64,000 nt of DNA from assembly GCA_964016885.1 (NCBI GenBank), contig OZ024746.1:248001-312000 (forward strand), in the 5' to 3' direction. A program made the position numbers and the translations under genes. This stretch comes from Eledone cirrhosa. Taxonomy: Eukaryota. Numbering within the stretch: position 1 is the first letter of the stretch; each line of letters opens with the position of its first letter. The notes under the pieces were generated by a model, which worked only from the letters and a program-made list of their open reading frames with translations, ran no database searches and had not been told where the DNA came from. Positions 25,901 to 63,800 of this stretch are shown here, piece after piece.

Positions 25901-27333
25901 TCCTTTCAAAATAATATTTATTATTCCTTTTGATACCAAACTGCCCCTAGTTCTATGAGACAAAACTTTTATTTTAAAATGTTTATATTTATCTAAAAAC
26001 TTTCTATCATAATTTTAAATAAGAACCTTTGTTATGCTCCAAACACTAACTTCATGAGAAAGTTAGTTATATAATAACTAAATCTCTCCAAATTCTTGAT
26101 TATTTTCAAAATGATGTGAAAATTAAAGGTGGTGCCTTTCATTAGAAATATGGTAAGGAAAGGGTTAATCTATATATATAAAACTGTGGTTGTCTGCCTG
26201 TCTATCGATTTTTGGCACACATCTCCTCTTAGAATCTCTCACGGAATTGCACCGAAATTGCTATACTTGTACATTGAGCCCTAGCGAAGACATCGGAAAA
26301 AAAAAAATTTCAAATTGACCCACCCTATGTGACGAAATCGAATATAATGTATCGATTTTTGAGCGTAAGTTATCAGTTATTTCCCTTTGTTCTGTTTACA
26401 TTGAGCGTCTTACGTAAAAAATTACGCTGGCTTTCTCAGCGTTTAAAATGACATTAACACAATACACGAACAGACAGTTGTCGAGCCAGCAAAATATTGA
26501 CCTGCAAAATTCATCAGTTCGAACACTAAGCTTCCGTTTTGCTTCATTTCCATTTAAAAGCATTTTAAAACAATATTTTTACTTGAAAACAAGTCTATTT
26601 AAAGACTACGTAAAACAAGCAAATATTTCGTCGTTAGGCGTGCAGACAGACAGTTGTGCAGAGAGGTGATATACGCGTGCAGACAGATAGTCGTGCAGAG
26701 AGGTGATATAGGCGTGCAGACAGACAGTCGTGCAGAGAGGTGATATAGGCGTGCAGACAGACAGTCGTGCAGAGAGGTGATATAGGCGTGCAGACAGACA
26801 TAACTGATAATTTGGTTACGCTAATGTTTTTCTCTGCGTTGCAGTGTTTACATTTTCGATCTTTGTTAATAAATAACCAGTGCAGTTTCTATCCCCAGCA
26901 TCCTCTTTTGTTATAACATTCGGGTTATCGTTATGTTTTCTTAACTTCATAAGGCATATTGTTGGTTGAGGGAATATTAATCAAAAACACCACATGCAAG
27001 TCTGCACAGTAGACACTACAGTTTTTAAGCCAAAAAAGAAACTTAACATTGTAACTTTAACACAGCTACTGAGCGACCCCGAGCAACGCCGGGCTTTACT
27101 GCTAGTACATAATAAATGAAGGAATACGTAAAATTCTTTTCTTGAAATTGTCTTATTTTTGATATGAAAATATGTTGTATATTTTAGGATTCTCTGATGA
27201 CCAAAAACTGGCTGCGATAGAGAAATTAAATGAGTCAGGATTCCATGCTTTTGAATCAGTTGTCGGTAGTCAAGGTGTGAAATTATGTACATCAGTGGAT
27301 GAAAGTCCTTTTACAGAGCTTACTGATATTTGA
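2647..27333 (+). CDS. MVK: Mevalonate kinase, complete 9-exon gene, 391 aa
   Basis: Exons 2647-2718, 4648-4795, 9124-9274, 11134-11390, 11982-12027, 13979-14069, 23159-23269, 25132-25285, 27188-27333. All GT-AG, phases consistent, 1176 nt total. GHMP motifs [42 protein letters not shown] and KLTGAGGGG are present. Confidence 0.96.
3909..4122 (+). mobile_element. tRNA-headed SINE with Nin/Deu-like central domain (many copies in the window)
   Basis: A-box-like TGGCAGCATCGG, B-box GAGTTCAAATC, core TTTGCCTTTCATCC..GGGGTTGATAAAATAAAGTACCAG. Other copies at ~1-125(-), 13236-13435(+), 16986-17152(-), 24744-25045(+,2 copies), 27958-28121(-), 30190-30360(-), 30595-30780(-), 31240-31428(+), 35024-35206(-). 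Confidence 0.85.
4193..4540. repeat. 79-bp tandem repeat, ~4.4 near-identical copies
   Basis: Unit starts at 4193, 4272, 4351, 4430 and 4509; each has an internal CTGTTACT/AGTAACAG inverted repeat. Confidence 0.92.
4648..4795 (+). CDS. MVK: MVK coding exon 2
   Basis: TTAG|ATG..; [15 protein letters not shown]...EEFT; donor G|GTACAG; 148 nt. Confidence 0.9.
4896..5408. repeat. GTG/ATG triplet-derived minisatellite (~27-nt higher-order unit)
   Basis: GTGGTTGTGATGATGGTGATAGTGATG repeated. Confidence 0.9.
5470..8428. repeat. 16-bp minisatellite (CTACATATGACATAYA)n, ~3 kb, interrupted by a LINE 3' end
   Basis: Well over a hundred units with a palindromic CATATG core; insertion at 7681-7897. Confidence 0.95.
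7681..7897 (-). mobile_element. 5'-truncated RTE LINE 3'UTR with (GAT)n tail
   Basis: Nearly identical to the 3' end of the RTE copy at 46234-46440. Similar 3'-end-only copies at ~9340-9620, 10810-11117, 13660-13935, 15552-15975, 16272-16470, 17452-17885, 48816-49037, 55045-55420. Confidence 0.85.
8700..9045 (-). mobile_element. Degenerate RTE LINE 3' coding fragment
   Basis: [11 protein letters not shown] / [23 protein letters not shown]...GRQRKTW. Confidence 0.8.
9124..9274 (+). CDS. MVK: MVK coding exon 3
   Basis: VTELSQKP...[17 protein letters not shown]; donor AA|GTAAGT. Confidence 0.88.
11134..11390 (+). CDS. MVK: MVK coding exon 4 (ATP-binding loop, catalytic Glu/Asp)
   Basis: [23 protein letters not shown]...[23 protein letters not shown]; donor G|GTAAGT. 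Confidence 0.96.
11416..11746. mobile_element. piggyBac-type MITE (TTAA/CCCT ends) with duplicated terminus
   Basis: TTAACCCTTTCATTACCATATTTCTAATGAAA occurs twice (11416, 11462); the other end is ..GGGTTAA/AGGTTAA. Family copies at ~9630-9865, 25923-26168, 29374-30472, 30469-30887, 42548-42801, 56340-56491. Confidence 0.75.
11982..12027 (+). CDS. MVK: MVK coding exon 5
   Basis: [16 protein letters not shown]; 46 nt; donor AG|GTGAGT. Confidence 0.9.
12270..12790 (-). mobile_element. Degenerate RT fragment of a second RTE-like LINE family
   Basis: [13 protein letters not shown]...FKYLG...[46 protein letters not shown], with stops and frameshifts. Confidence 0.75.
12852..13115 (+). mobile_element. 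Second tRNA-derived SINE family
   Basis: A box TGGCTTAGTG, B box GGTTCGATTCC, body TTCTTGAGCAAAACA..TTTCACGTTGCTCCAG; related pieces near 10380-10440 and 33500-33870. Confidence 0.7.
13979..14069 (+). CDS. MVK: MVK coding exon 6
   Basis: [30 protein letters not shown]; donor |GTAAGT. Confidence 0.93.
14242..14566. repeat. (TA)n/(ATATG) microsatellite
   Basis: Seen directly; similar tracts at 15975-16272, 17338-17452, 48010-48057. Confidence 0.95.
14567..15525 (+). mobile_element. Penelope-like retroelement, 5'-truncated: GIY-YIG endonuclease remnant plus pLTR with an inverted partial pLTR
   Basis: [15 protein letters not shown]...[17 protein letters not shown]..(frameshift)..LYQHAKIEH...[17 protein letters not shown]. 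14567-14705 is the reverse complement of ~15329-15468. Flanked by (TA)n on both sides. Confidence 0.88.
15259..15303 (+). ncRNA. Minimal type I hammerhead ribozyme (Penelope-associated)
   Basis: Stem I AGTCA/TGACT; core CTGAAGA(G); stem II GTCACA/TGTGAC; GAAA; short stem III AG-ga-CT; predicted cleavage after CUA (15298). Confidence 0.75.
18066..19260. repeat. ~50-bp minisatellite, ~24 copies
   Basis: GGGGGTGTACACGAGTCTGTATCTCAGTGTATAT..GTATGTGTGTGT with period 50 (18131, 18181, 18231). Confidence 0.95.
19953..20645 (+). mobile_element. RTE LINE 3' fragment with 3'UTR and (GAT)n tail
   Basis: [15 protein letters not shown]...WYGHVMHM...GRPKKTW. Confidence 0.88.
20716..21606 (+). mobile_element. 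RTE LINE 3' part, degenerate, includes PHD-like segment
   Basis: GKWPC...C..C.SW.HK.CSG remnants, RT C-terminus, GAT tail. Confidence 0.85.
21607..22458 (-). mobile_element. RTE LINE 3' part, tail-to-tail with the previous copy
   Basis: ORF 21736-22227 DSFRYLG...[11 protein letters not shown]...WYGHV; CAT tail at 21607. Confidence 0.88.
22550..22782 (-). mobile_element. CR1-group LINE 3' end remnant
   Basis: Minus strand reads [43 protein letters not shown]...RAAATNS, typical of CR1-type ORF2 C-termini. Confidence 0.65.
23159..23269 (+). CDS. MVK: MVK coding exon 7
   Basis: [23 protein letters not shown]...YPMLE; CAG| and |GTAAAA. Confidence 0.92.
25132..25285 (+). CDS. MVK: MVK coding exon 8
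   Basis: [21 protein letters not shown]...[13 protein letters not shown]. Confidence 0.96.
26169..27105 (+). mobile_element. Non-autonomous Helitron with internal 37-bp tandem repeat
   Basis: A|TC start (TCTATATATATAAAA), 3' hairpin CCCG..CGGG (27078-27093), terminal CTAG|T, no TSD. Confidence 0.85.
26636..26800. repeat. 37-bp tandem repeat (~4.5 copies) inside the Helitron
   Basis: AGGCGTGCAGACAGACAGTCGTGCAGAGAGGTGATAT at 26636, 26673, 26710, 26747, 26784. Confidence 0.92.
27188..27333 (+). CDS. MVK: MVK terminal coding exon
   Basis: [34 protein letters not shown]...DI*; TGA at 27331-27333. Confidence 0.9.
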
Positions 27334-27339
27334 AATAAA
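27334..27339 (+). terminator. Candidate polyadenylation signal AATAAA directly after the MVK stop
   Basis: TGA immediately followed by AATAAA; whether it is used cannot be verified. Confidence 0.35.
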
Positions 27340-29645
27340 AGTAATTTTCTAAATAATTTGAGACACATAATCATTCCATGCAGGCATGGGTTGTCACAGT
27401 CTGAGACTAGACAAATTAAAGAACCATATCTTTGTTCCAATTTTCACATGGTTTCTACAACCTGATGTTTTTCTTAATACCAAGAGTATTGAGAACATTT
27501 TATCATAACACCAATAATAGAGAGGCTGTCATATCCTAAGTAAGATTGAAGAATTCTCTTTAACCTGTATTGTCTTTGATTCCAAACACTTTACAGAGTG
27601 TACAGGGTGCATGCAAATTAATAGAGGCGCTGGACCATCAGTTATCAGAAAATCAATGTAGTAAGAAACTCCCAGGAGAGCAGGAAAGCACAAGGTCTTC
27701 AGAGAAGAAATAAAATCCCCCCCTCAAGCGAGTGTTTCAGGCCATAACTTCTTGCAGTCTAAGGAGGGCGTAATGTATCCAGGTCATTTAGTCCTTCCGT
27801 TGACATTTAACCATTCGGGTATTGGAGACTTATGTATTTAAACCGTGTGAAGATTTTGTTTACAGGATCTAACTGGAACTCCTCTCCATTGCCTCTGCTT
27901 TCAAACTTATATTTAAAAGCTTTCTTGAGTTGGAAAATAATGTTGGTAGTCATGGTAATAATTGTTTGTACTTTTGGCACAAGGCCAGCAATTATCCCAG
28001 TGCATTACTGGTCCTTTATTTTATCGACCCCATAAGAATGAAAGGCAAAATTAACCTCGGTGGGATTTGAACTCGGAGCGTAACTATGCTACAAAGCATG
28101 GCGTCCGATACTGCCAATCCAATGAGACATCAATAGTATTGCTAGTGTTGCTGCCAACGCTACAGTCAACAACTGACTCACAGTTCTACCTGTATTTCAA
28201 TAAAAATAATATAGTAAGCAATAAACACCAAAGACATCCAATTGTAAAAATAGGCATGATTTTATTAGTGGTTTTATATCTAGATGTCACTAATTTTTTA
28301 ATGCATTTCATTTTTTTTTCTTTACAACCAACAAGAACAACAAAGTGAAATTATTAAAAAATGTTTAACCCATCCCTTTCCAAACAGTGCTTCCTTATTT
28401 GTGTTAGTTTCTCACAAGTGAACATTATCAACATATGGAGAGAACATGTTACAGAAAGCAACTGACTTATCTCCTTGGAACAATATTTTATATAATGGTT
28501 ATGAGTGTTTTGGAAGAGAAACTTTAGTGTATATATCATATGTTCATGAGGTTGGAATAAAGTAACAAAAACAAAATGTATGAGTAAGGAAAATGACAGT
28601 AATTGACAAGAAATGTGTATATATATGTATGAGGGGGGGATATTAACAGGGACACTCTCCAATTAGCTTTGAATTTTTTTTTACTATCATTATTATTATT
28701 ATTATATAAAACTGAATTGCAACAGCTGGTCATTACAGTGATGTGCAAAGCTGACAGGTGTCTACATACAGAAAAAGGTTTATAAAAGTGAGAAAGAGGA
28801 AAAACTTTTTATCAAGTAAATAAACGAGGTACAATATCGGCAAATATTAAAATATATATTTTTCTGTTTTACTAGAAAAGAAAAAGAAATAAAATGTGTG
28901 ACAAGGTTCAATAAATTAGTGAAACACAAAATGGTTTTGGTTTTTAAAAAAATGTTAAATCAAAAGATAGAATAAATTTAATGCATTTAAAGGTTTTTAG
29001 TGAGGTTTAGAATTGAATGAGAATATTGCCTGGGGCAGTTCTAGTGACTGCAGGTATATAAAGGTGGTGGTGGAGCAAAAGTAGAAAAAAAAAAAAGACT
29101 AATATTGAAAGAATGCTTAACAAAATGTCTGAGGAGAAATATATTGAGCTGAGTGTATCTAATTATTTGAACCATAATTATTTTGCTGTTTCCAAGACAA
29201 CATATTGGAAAGAGTTAGGCGTGGGAGGGGTGTTATATTCCATTGCTACTGTAGTGTGCGTGCGAGGGGGGGGGGGTATATTCCAACTGTATTGATGTAC
29301 GGGATTGTTTTTCATTCCCTGATAAAAAACATTAGAAAAAGAAAAAACCCTAAAAATATTCAGTGTTAATTGTTTAACCCTTTAGATACCAAACTTACCT
29401 AAGCTGTCCCTCGCTGATTCTAAACTGTTTATATATATATCTAAAAACCTTCCATCATAATCTTATGTAAGAACCTTTGCTAAGATATGTTCCAAACACT
29501 GTTGGTTCTACAATATGAAACTTTGTTTTAAAGTGATCATCATCATCACCATTTTATAGTGATGATGATAATGATGATAAACACTTTAAAACAAAGTTCT
29601 AAAAACCTTTATGTTTCAAACCCTAACTAAATAACAAGGAAGTTA

Positions 29646-29862
29646 TCTATATACTACTAAAACTTATGATTGTGTGCTTGTCTGTAATTTAATATGGCCA
29701 AAACAGCGCATAATGGGAATACAAATGGAATAAAACACGTTTTGTGTAAATTGGAGCACGGGTTCCCAAGATACCTTCATAAATAGCCAACAGCTCTGTG
29801 ACAGTAACCCTCTATATATATTACTAGACCACCCATGACCCAACAGGTCACGGGTGGTCTAG
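29646..29862 (+). mobile_element. Mini-Helitron (217 bp) nested in a piggyBac MITE
   Basis: A|TCTATATACTACTAAAA...palindromic end ..GGGTGGTCTAG|T; removing it restores the MITE sequence AAGTTA|TATTACTAAATCCC. Confidence 0.75.
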
Positions 29863-32800
29863 TATTACTAAATCCCTTCAAATTCTTTGATTATCTAAAA
29901 AAACTATTTCTAAACAACTCAACTATTTTAGTGGCCAAACAAACTAAATATAACAATCTGTGTTACACTAAAGTAATAACTGTAAAATACAACAACAAAA
30001 GTAGATAGAGGTTAATAAGGTTAACAATCATTTTAACTGAAACTAAGAAATGTTAACCCATATAATACTAAACCACTTCAAAATGCAAAATGTCCTTGGT
30101 TCTACAATATTAAACTATATGTTTTAAAGTGTGTAGATTTTGTCTAAGATCTTTGTTAAGCTCTAAACAACAGCTTTAAAATGGTTTCTAATTTTGGTAC
30201 AAAGCTAGGAATTTGGTGGGGGGTGGCGGGGGAATGATGAGAATGTTGATTATATTGACCCCAGAAGGACGAAAGGCAGCGTAGGTCTTGGCAGGGTTTT
30301 AAGTCAGAACTAAATGCAGCAAAGTATTTTGTCCTACACTAATCACCCTGCCAATCCACCTTAAACATTAGCTTAATAATAATAAAGTTAATAATATTAT
30401 TACTAAATTCTTGATTATTTTTCAAAATTATAGGTAGTGTTTTGCCATAGAAATATGGTCTCGAAAGGTTAATCCTTTTGTTACCAAACCAGCTCTGATT
30501 CTATGAAACAAAAACATCCATTTTAAAAGTTTCCAATTTAAATTAAAATCTTTCAATATAATTTTATATAAGAACCTTACATAAAGTTACTATTTTAATA
30601 ATTGTTTCTACGTTAGGCACAAGGCCAGCAATTACTCAGTACATTACTGGTACTTTATTTTATCGACCCTGTAAGGATGAAAGGCAAAGTTAACCGTGGC
30701 GGGATTTGAACTCAGAATGGCAAGGGCCGTAACTCTATACGTCAAAGCATGGCGTCCGACCCTCTACCAATACACCGCCCTCATTATTAAAATAGTTACT
30801 ATTTTAATAATGAAATAATTAATAATTTTAGTGTAACCCTCAAAATTCTAAATTATTTCATTAGAAATATGGTCATAGAAGGGTTAATATATTAATTAAT
30901 ATGTTAGTATATTATATAAATAGTATTAATAATAATAATTTAAAATTAAAATCTTTGTACTTTCATTCTCAAAACTGATATAGTGCGTAGCTCAGAGATC
31001 AGAGTCACTCCAGATAGAGCTGCTACTTCTCCAAATTGAGATATCACAGCTCCGATACTATGGACGTGGTTAGAGTGTCTCGGGGAAAGAATCACTAGAA
31101 AGATGGTTGGATAATATCCATGAGCTGGTCCCGCTTGGGGGAATACAGGACCTGGTGGAAGGAGTGTTTGAGAACTCTGCCCCTATGACCTTCTCAGGAA
31201 TAAGTGGGTGAAGAAGTACTTTCATTATTATCTTATTTTGTGGATTGGCAGTATCGGTAGAGAGTCGGACGCCATGCTTTGACGCATAGAGTTACGGCCC
31301 TTGCCATTCTGAGTTCAAATCCCGCCGAGGTTAATTTTGCCTTTCATCCTTATGAGGTCGATAAAATAAAATACCAGTAATACACTGGGTATTTGCTGGA
31401 CTTGTGCCAAAAGTAGAAACAATTATTATCTTATTTAGGTTAGCATTTTTTGAATATGCAAGATAAGACTTTTGTAAGAGAAATCATAATAATTTTGAAC
31501 TGGTTTCTATTGACTATGAAAGAGATGGAATTATTGTGGATGTATCAAACAAAACAGCTTATTGAATTTAATATTAATATCTTATTCTTTTACTGGTTTT
31601 GGTCATCAGACAGCAACTATGCTGGGGCACCACCTGGATTTAGTCAATTACATTGATACCAGTAATTATTTTTTGAAGTGTGCTACGTATTTCATTGGTA
31701 TCTTTTGGAGAACTGCTAGGTTACAGTACATAAATAGACAGACAGACATACAAGATGGGTTTCTGTAGTGTCTGTCTACCAAATTTCACTCACAAGGCAT
31801 TGGTCAATTTGGAGCTATAGTAGAAGACACTTGCCCAAAGTGCTATGCAGTGGGATTGAACCTGAAATCACATGGGCTGCAAAGTAAACTCTTTAACCAC
31901 ACAGCCATGTGTACAATGGCAATGAAATAAAAAATAAAAAAAAATAGCTGTGTAGCCATGCATTGAGACTGAACCTGGGATTTAATGACATGTTGGATCT
32001 ACTACTCTATAGTATATAGATTATTATAGCCCAACACTTGAACAACCAGAGAGAGGAAAACAAGATACAAACAAAAGACACATTTATTTTCTGATACCTA
32101 GAACATTAGGAAACAAAGTCATTCCTTCTACAAGATACAAAGTTAACTTACTCCCTGTATAAAATACTAAACTTACTCCCGGTATAAAATACTAAGTTAA
32201 CTTACTCCCTGTAGAAGCTACTAGGATAACTTACTCCAAGTAAACTGAAGCAAATTAAGTTAGTTAATTGAAAATATGGTCCATTTCCGGTAGTGACATA
32301 TGAATTCATAACTGAACGTCTTCTACATTATCAACAAAATCATCATGTTGGCATTAAATTCTTTATCTATTGCAGGCCTGGCATGTTAAATTTATAATCC
32401 GAATCAACAAAACCTGATTCACTTACCAAATGAGGTGGAATTTGTCAGGTTGGACCAAGGAAACAATGTTTCCATTGTTTTTTCCAATTGCTCATATTAT
32501 CTATCAGTCACAACTCCTGGCAGATGTTAAATAATTCTATCGCAAGACTCTACCAGTTAGTATAGATTAATATTCTTAACCCTGCTAACAAATTTACCCC
32601 TCTATATAATCTAAGTTATCTATGTAATCTTGTTTATTCCTATCAAACTACAGCAACTTTCATCAATCTTATTACAGGAAAGCTCAGATATGTTATGTGG
32701 AAAACCTCACTCTGCTCTGGTCAAATCATTTTTATTAAGGATTTTTAATATTTCCTTAGTTTTTTATGCTTGATTTGGAACAATACAATTCCTAAAGCTG

Positions 32801-34782
32801 TGTGTCTATGTTTTGAATCATTCATAGCTCCATCTTCAGCATAAAGAATTAAGAAGGGAATATGAAAATTCAAACCAGAACACAGTTGTGTTTTTAATAA
32901 TATAACATGTTTGAAAACAAAGCTGTTCCCTGCTTATATCTATAGTTTATTTAGTTTGACTTTGTACAAATCCCCCCCCCCCCCCTACATTTAACAACGG
33001 AATACATAGCAATTGTTATGTCTTCTGGTTTCACACACTTAAACCTATTTGCCCTATTTAATTTTTAAACTACAATTAATTAGATGTTTCTTCCCCAGTC
33101 CCCAACACACGACAGGGATCCATACAACAAAACTATGAAATTGGATTTTGGTTTTAACTATTTTCACTGTTTAATCCATCTAATTTTCAGTTTTAATGTG
33201 AGAGCTTTCTGTTAGAAAAACTGTATTTCAACCCTTGAAATTCTATATAGTTTTCTATAATTAAATCATTTTCTCAAAGTTGAAATTATCCTCAGAATAA
33301 ATAAATGCAGAAAAGATATTCTGAATGAAGAATCTCTTTTATATTTCATTTGAGTTCATCAGTTAATCAAATTAATTATATTACAAGAACTGATACCAAA
33401 TTGGAAAAAAAAAAAAAAAAAATTAAATAGAAAATTGAAATTTACAGCCGACACCTCTGCAGGCTTAGATATGAAGTGGTAGCCCATGGGAGGTTTCATG
33501 ATGAAAACAATGTGAAATGAAGCATTTTGCTCAAGAACACAATGCATGTGGTTAGAATGTCTCAGGAAAGAATTGCTGGACAGATTTTACGGGCAAAACC
33601 AACCGGCAGGAGACACAGGGGTAGACTCTGATCAAGGTGATTGGATAACATCTATGAGCTCAGCTGGTCTCACTTGGGGATCCAGGTGGATCAGTTGGAA
33701 ACAATTACTTCTGACAGGACCTGCTGGAAGGATTTTTGAGGACTTAACCTCCATGACCCTTCAGGAATAAGTGGGTGAAGAAGAACACACAATGCCCACT
33801 CCAGACCAGGAATCAAACCCACGACCTTATGATTGTGACTTCAACACCTTAATTACTAAGCCATACGCTTTCACTTGTACAAATTAATAGAGGAAATATT
33901 TCTCAGAATTGTATTGGAAACTGTTCAAAACTGATATAGTCTCAGAGATTTACCAATACCAATAGAATAATCAATACTGTATCAATCATTTGAAGGAATT
34001 GATACAGTCAATAAATATAGAAACCAATTCAAGTTTTAATACCAATTAACAAAATATCAAAATAAAAATCCAAGTTAATAATTTCAATATTAGAAATAAT
34101 TTAACTACAATAAGTAACAAATACTAGTTTAGAAATCCTTCTTTAAATTCTGGATGATTTCTGCTGTTTGATAGAGAAACTATTATAGTTTTGATAAATA
34201 TGCTGCATATTTACGGCCTTATTACATTTACTGCTTATATTACCAACATTGAAGAGGAATGAGAGAGAGGGAGGAAAGAACCGCAAGCAGGCGGTTTTTA
34301 ATTTAACTGAAGTGTATATTATGTATGAGAAACAGTAGATAGAAGTGATGAAAATGTTTTGTTTATGGTAAAGCTGTTTGTAGCAAGGTCTGAGAAAGAA
34401 GGATAACTAAGGTATGTTAGTGGACAAATGAAAAAGAATCACAGTACTGAAGAAGAAGAAAATAAATAAAGGGGGTGGGGTGGGGTGAGGTAACTACTAC
34501 CATTACATGATGGATTAAGTAAACCAACAAGTTATGGCTAACTGACAAAAACTTACTTTTAGCCAGGGACTTTTACAGGTATCGTTATATTCTTAACTGA
34601 AATCACTGACACTATTGTCAAATTTTTGACCATGCTTCCATGGATCAAGTTAAGTGAGACGTATTGACAGAGGTCATTAAGTCGGGGCCTTATGTCCTAT
34701 AGTTGTTAGCTATTGACAAATCTCGGCCTGACTCTGGCATGATCGTTGAAAGGGAAGGGAAGCAGATAATTTAAGTACTCAA

Positions 34783-60753
<25,971 letters not shown>

Positions 60754-60820
60754 CTGAAACAAAAATGGACATCAGGAAAAGTCAGACAAGAGGAAACAAA
60801 CTATAACATATTCTACATTA

Positions 60821-63800
60821 TTAACCCTTTCATTACCATATTTCTACTGAAAGACACTGTCTATGTCATTAACCCTTTCATTACCATATTTCTACTGAAA
60901 GACACTGTCTATGTCATTAACCCTTTCATTACAATATTTCTAATGAAAGACACTGTCTATGTCATTAACCCTTTCATTACAATATTTCTAATGAAAGACA
61001 CTGTCTATGTCTTTAACCCTTTCATTACCATATTTCTACTGAAAGACACTGTCTATGTCATTAACCCTTTCATTACAATATTTCTAATGAAAGACACTGT
61101 CTATGTCATTAACCCTTTCATTACAATATTTCTAATGAAAGACACTGTCTATGTCATTAACCCTTTCATTACAATATTTCTAATGAAAGACACTGTCTAT
61201 GTCTTTAACCCTTTCATTACCATATTTCTACTGAAAGACACTGTCTATGTCATTAACCCTTTCATTACAATATTTCTAATGAAAGACACTGTCTATGTCA
61301 TTAACCCTTTCATTACAATATTTCTAATGAAAGACACTGTCTATGTCATTAACCCTTTCATTACAATATTTCTAATGAAAGACACTGTCTATGTCATTAA
61401 CCCTTTCATTACAATATTTCTAATGAAAGACACTGTCTATGTCTTTAACCCTTTCATTACCATATTTCTACTGAAAGACACTGTCTATGTCATTAACCCT
61501 TTCATTACAATATTTCTAATGAAAGACACTGTCTATGTCATTAACCCTTTCATTACAATATTTCTAATGAAAGACACTGTCTATGTCATTAACCCTTTCA
61601 TTACCATATTTCTACTGAAAGACACTGTCTATGTCATTAACCCTTTCATTACCATATTTCTACTGAAAGACACTGTCTATGTCATTAACCCTTTCATTAC
61701 CATATTTCTAATGAAAGACACTGTCTATGTCATTAACCCTTTCATTACAATATTTCTAATGAAAGACACTGTCTATGTCATTAACCCCTTCATTACAATA
61801 TTTCTAATGAAAGACACTGTCTATGTCATTAACCCTTTCATTACCATATTTCTAATGAATGACACTGTCTATGTCATTAACCCTTTCATTACAATATTTC
61901 TAATGAAAGACACTGTCTATGTCATTAACCCTTTCATTACCATATTTCTACTGAAAGACACTGTCTATGTCATTAGCCCTTTCATTACCATATTTCTAAT
62001 GAAAGACACTGTCTATGTCATTAGCCCTTTCATTACAATATTTCTAATGAAAGACACTGTCTATGTCACTAACCCTTTCATTACCATATTTCTACTGAAA
62101 GACACTGTCTATGTCATTAACCCTTTCATTACCATATTTCTAATGAAAGACACTGTCTATGTCATTAACCCTTTCATTACAATATTTCTAATGAAAGACA
62201 CTGTCTATGTCATTAACCCTTTCATTACCATATTTCTACTGAAAGACACTGTCTATGTCATTAACCCTTTCATTACAATATTTCTAATGAAAGACACTGT
62301 CTATGTCATTAACCCTTTCATTACCATATTTCTACTGAAAGACACTGTCTATGTCATTAACCCTTTCATTACCATATTTCTAATGAAAGACACTGTCTAT
62401 GTCATTAACCCTTTCATTACCATATTTCTAATGAAAGACACTGTCTATGTCATTAACCCTTTCATTACCATATTTCTACTGAAAGACACTGTCTATGTCA
62501 TTAACCCTTTCATTACAATATTTCTAATGAAAGACACTGTCTATGTCATTAACCCTTTCATTACCATATTTCTACTGAAAGACACTGTCTATGTCATTAA
62601 CCCTTTCATTACCATATTTCTACTGAAAGACACTGTCTATGTCATTAACCCTTTCATTACCATATTTCTAATGAAAGACACTACCTATGTCACTAACCCT
62701 TTCATTACCATATTTCTACTGAAAGACACTGTCTATGTCACTAACCCTTTCATTACCATATTTCTAATGAAAGACACTGTCTGTCATTAACCCTTTCATT
62801 ACCATATTTCTACTGAAAGACACTGTCTATGTCATTAACCCTCTCATTACCATATTTCTAATGAAAGACACTACCTATGTCACTAACCCTTTCATTACCA
62901 TATTTCTAATGAAAGACACTGTCTGTCTTTAACCCTCTCATTACCATATTTCTAATGAAAGACACTACCTATGTCATTAACCCTCTCATTACCATATTTC
63001 TAATGAAAGACACTACCTATGTCATTAACCCTTTCATTACAATATTTCTACTGAAAGACACTGTCTATGCCATTAACCCTTCATTACCATATTTCTAATG
63101 AAAGACACTACCTATGTCACTAACCCTTTCATTACCATATTTCTAATGAAAGACACTGTCTGTCTTTAACCCTCTCATTACCATATTTCTAATGAAAGAC
63201 ACTACCTATGTCATTAACCCTTTCATCACCATATTTCTAATGAAAGACACTGTCTGTCTTTAACCCTCTCATTACCATATTTCTAATGAAAGACACTACC
63301 TATGTCATTAACCCTTTCATTACCATATTTCTAATGAAAGACACTGTCTGTCTTTAACCCTCTCATTACCATATTTCTAATGAAAGACACTACCTATGTC
63401 ATTAACCCTTTCATCACCATATTTCTAATGAAAGACACTACCTATGTCACTAACCCTTTCATTACCATATTTCTAATGAAAGACACTACCTATGTCATTA
63501 ACCCTTTCATTACCATATTTCTAATGAAAGACACTACCTATGTCATTAACCCTTTCATTACCATATTTCTAATGAAAGACACTACCTATGTCATTAACCC
63601 TTTCATTACAATATTTCTACTGAAAGACACTGTCTATGCCATTAACCCTTCATTACCATATTTCTAATGAAAGACACTACCTATGTCACTAACCCTTTCA
63701 TTACCATATTTCTAATGAAAGACACTACCTATGTCATTAACCCTTTCATTACCATATTTCTAATGAAAGACACTACCTATGTCATTAACCCTTTCATTAC

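Noticed and set aside
60943-62790. 615-aa ORF of [16 protein letters not shown] repeats (also 63380-63667)
   Set aside because: Result of a stop-free 48-bp monomer; intronic and antisense to INO80; broken by shorter units; monomer traces to a MITE end.
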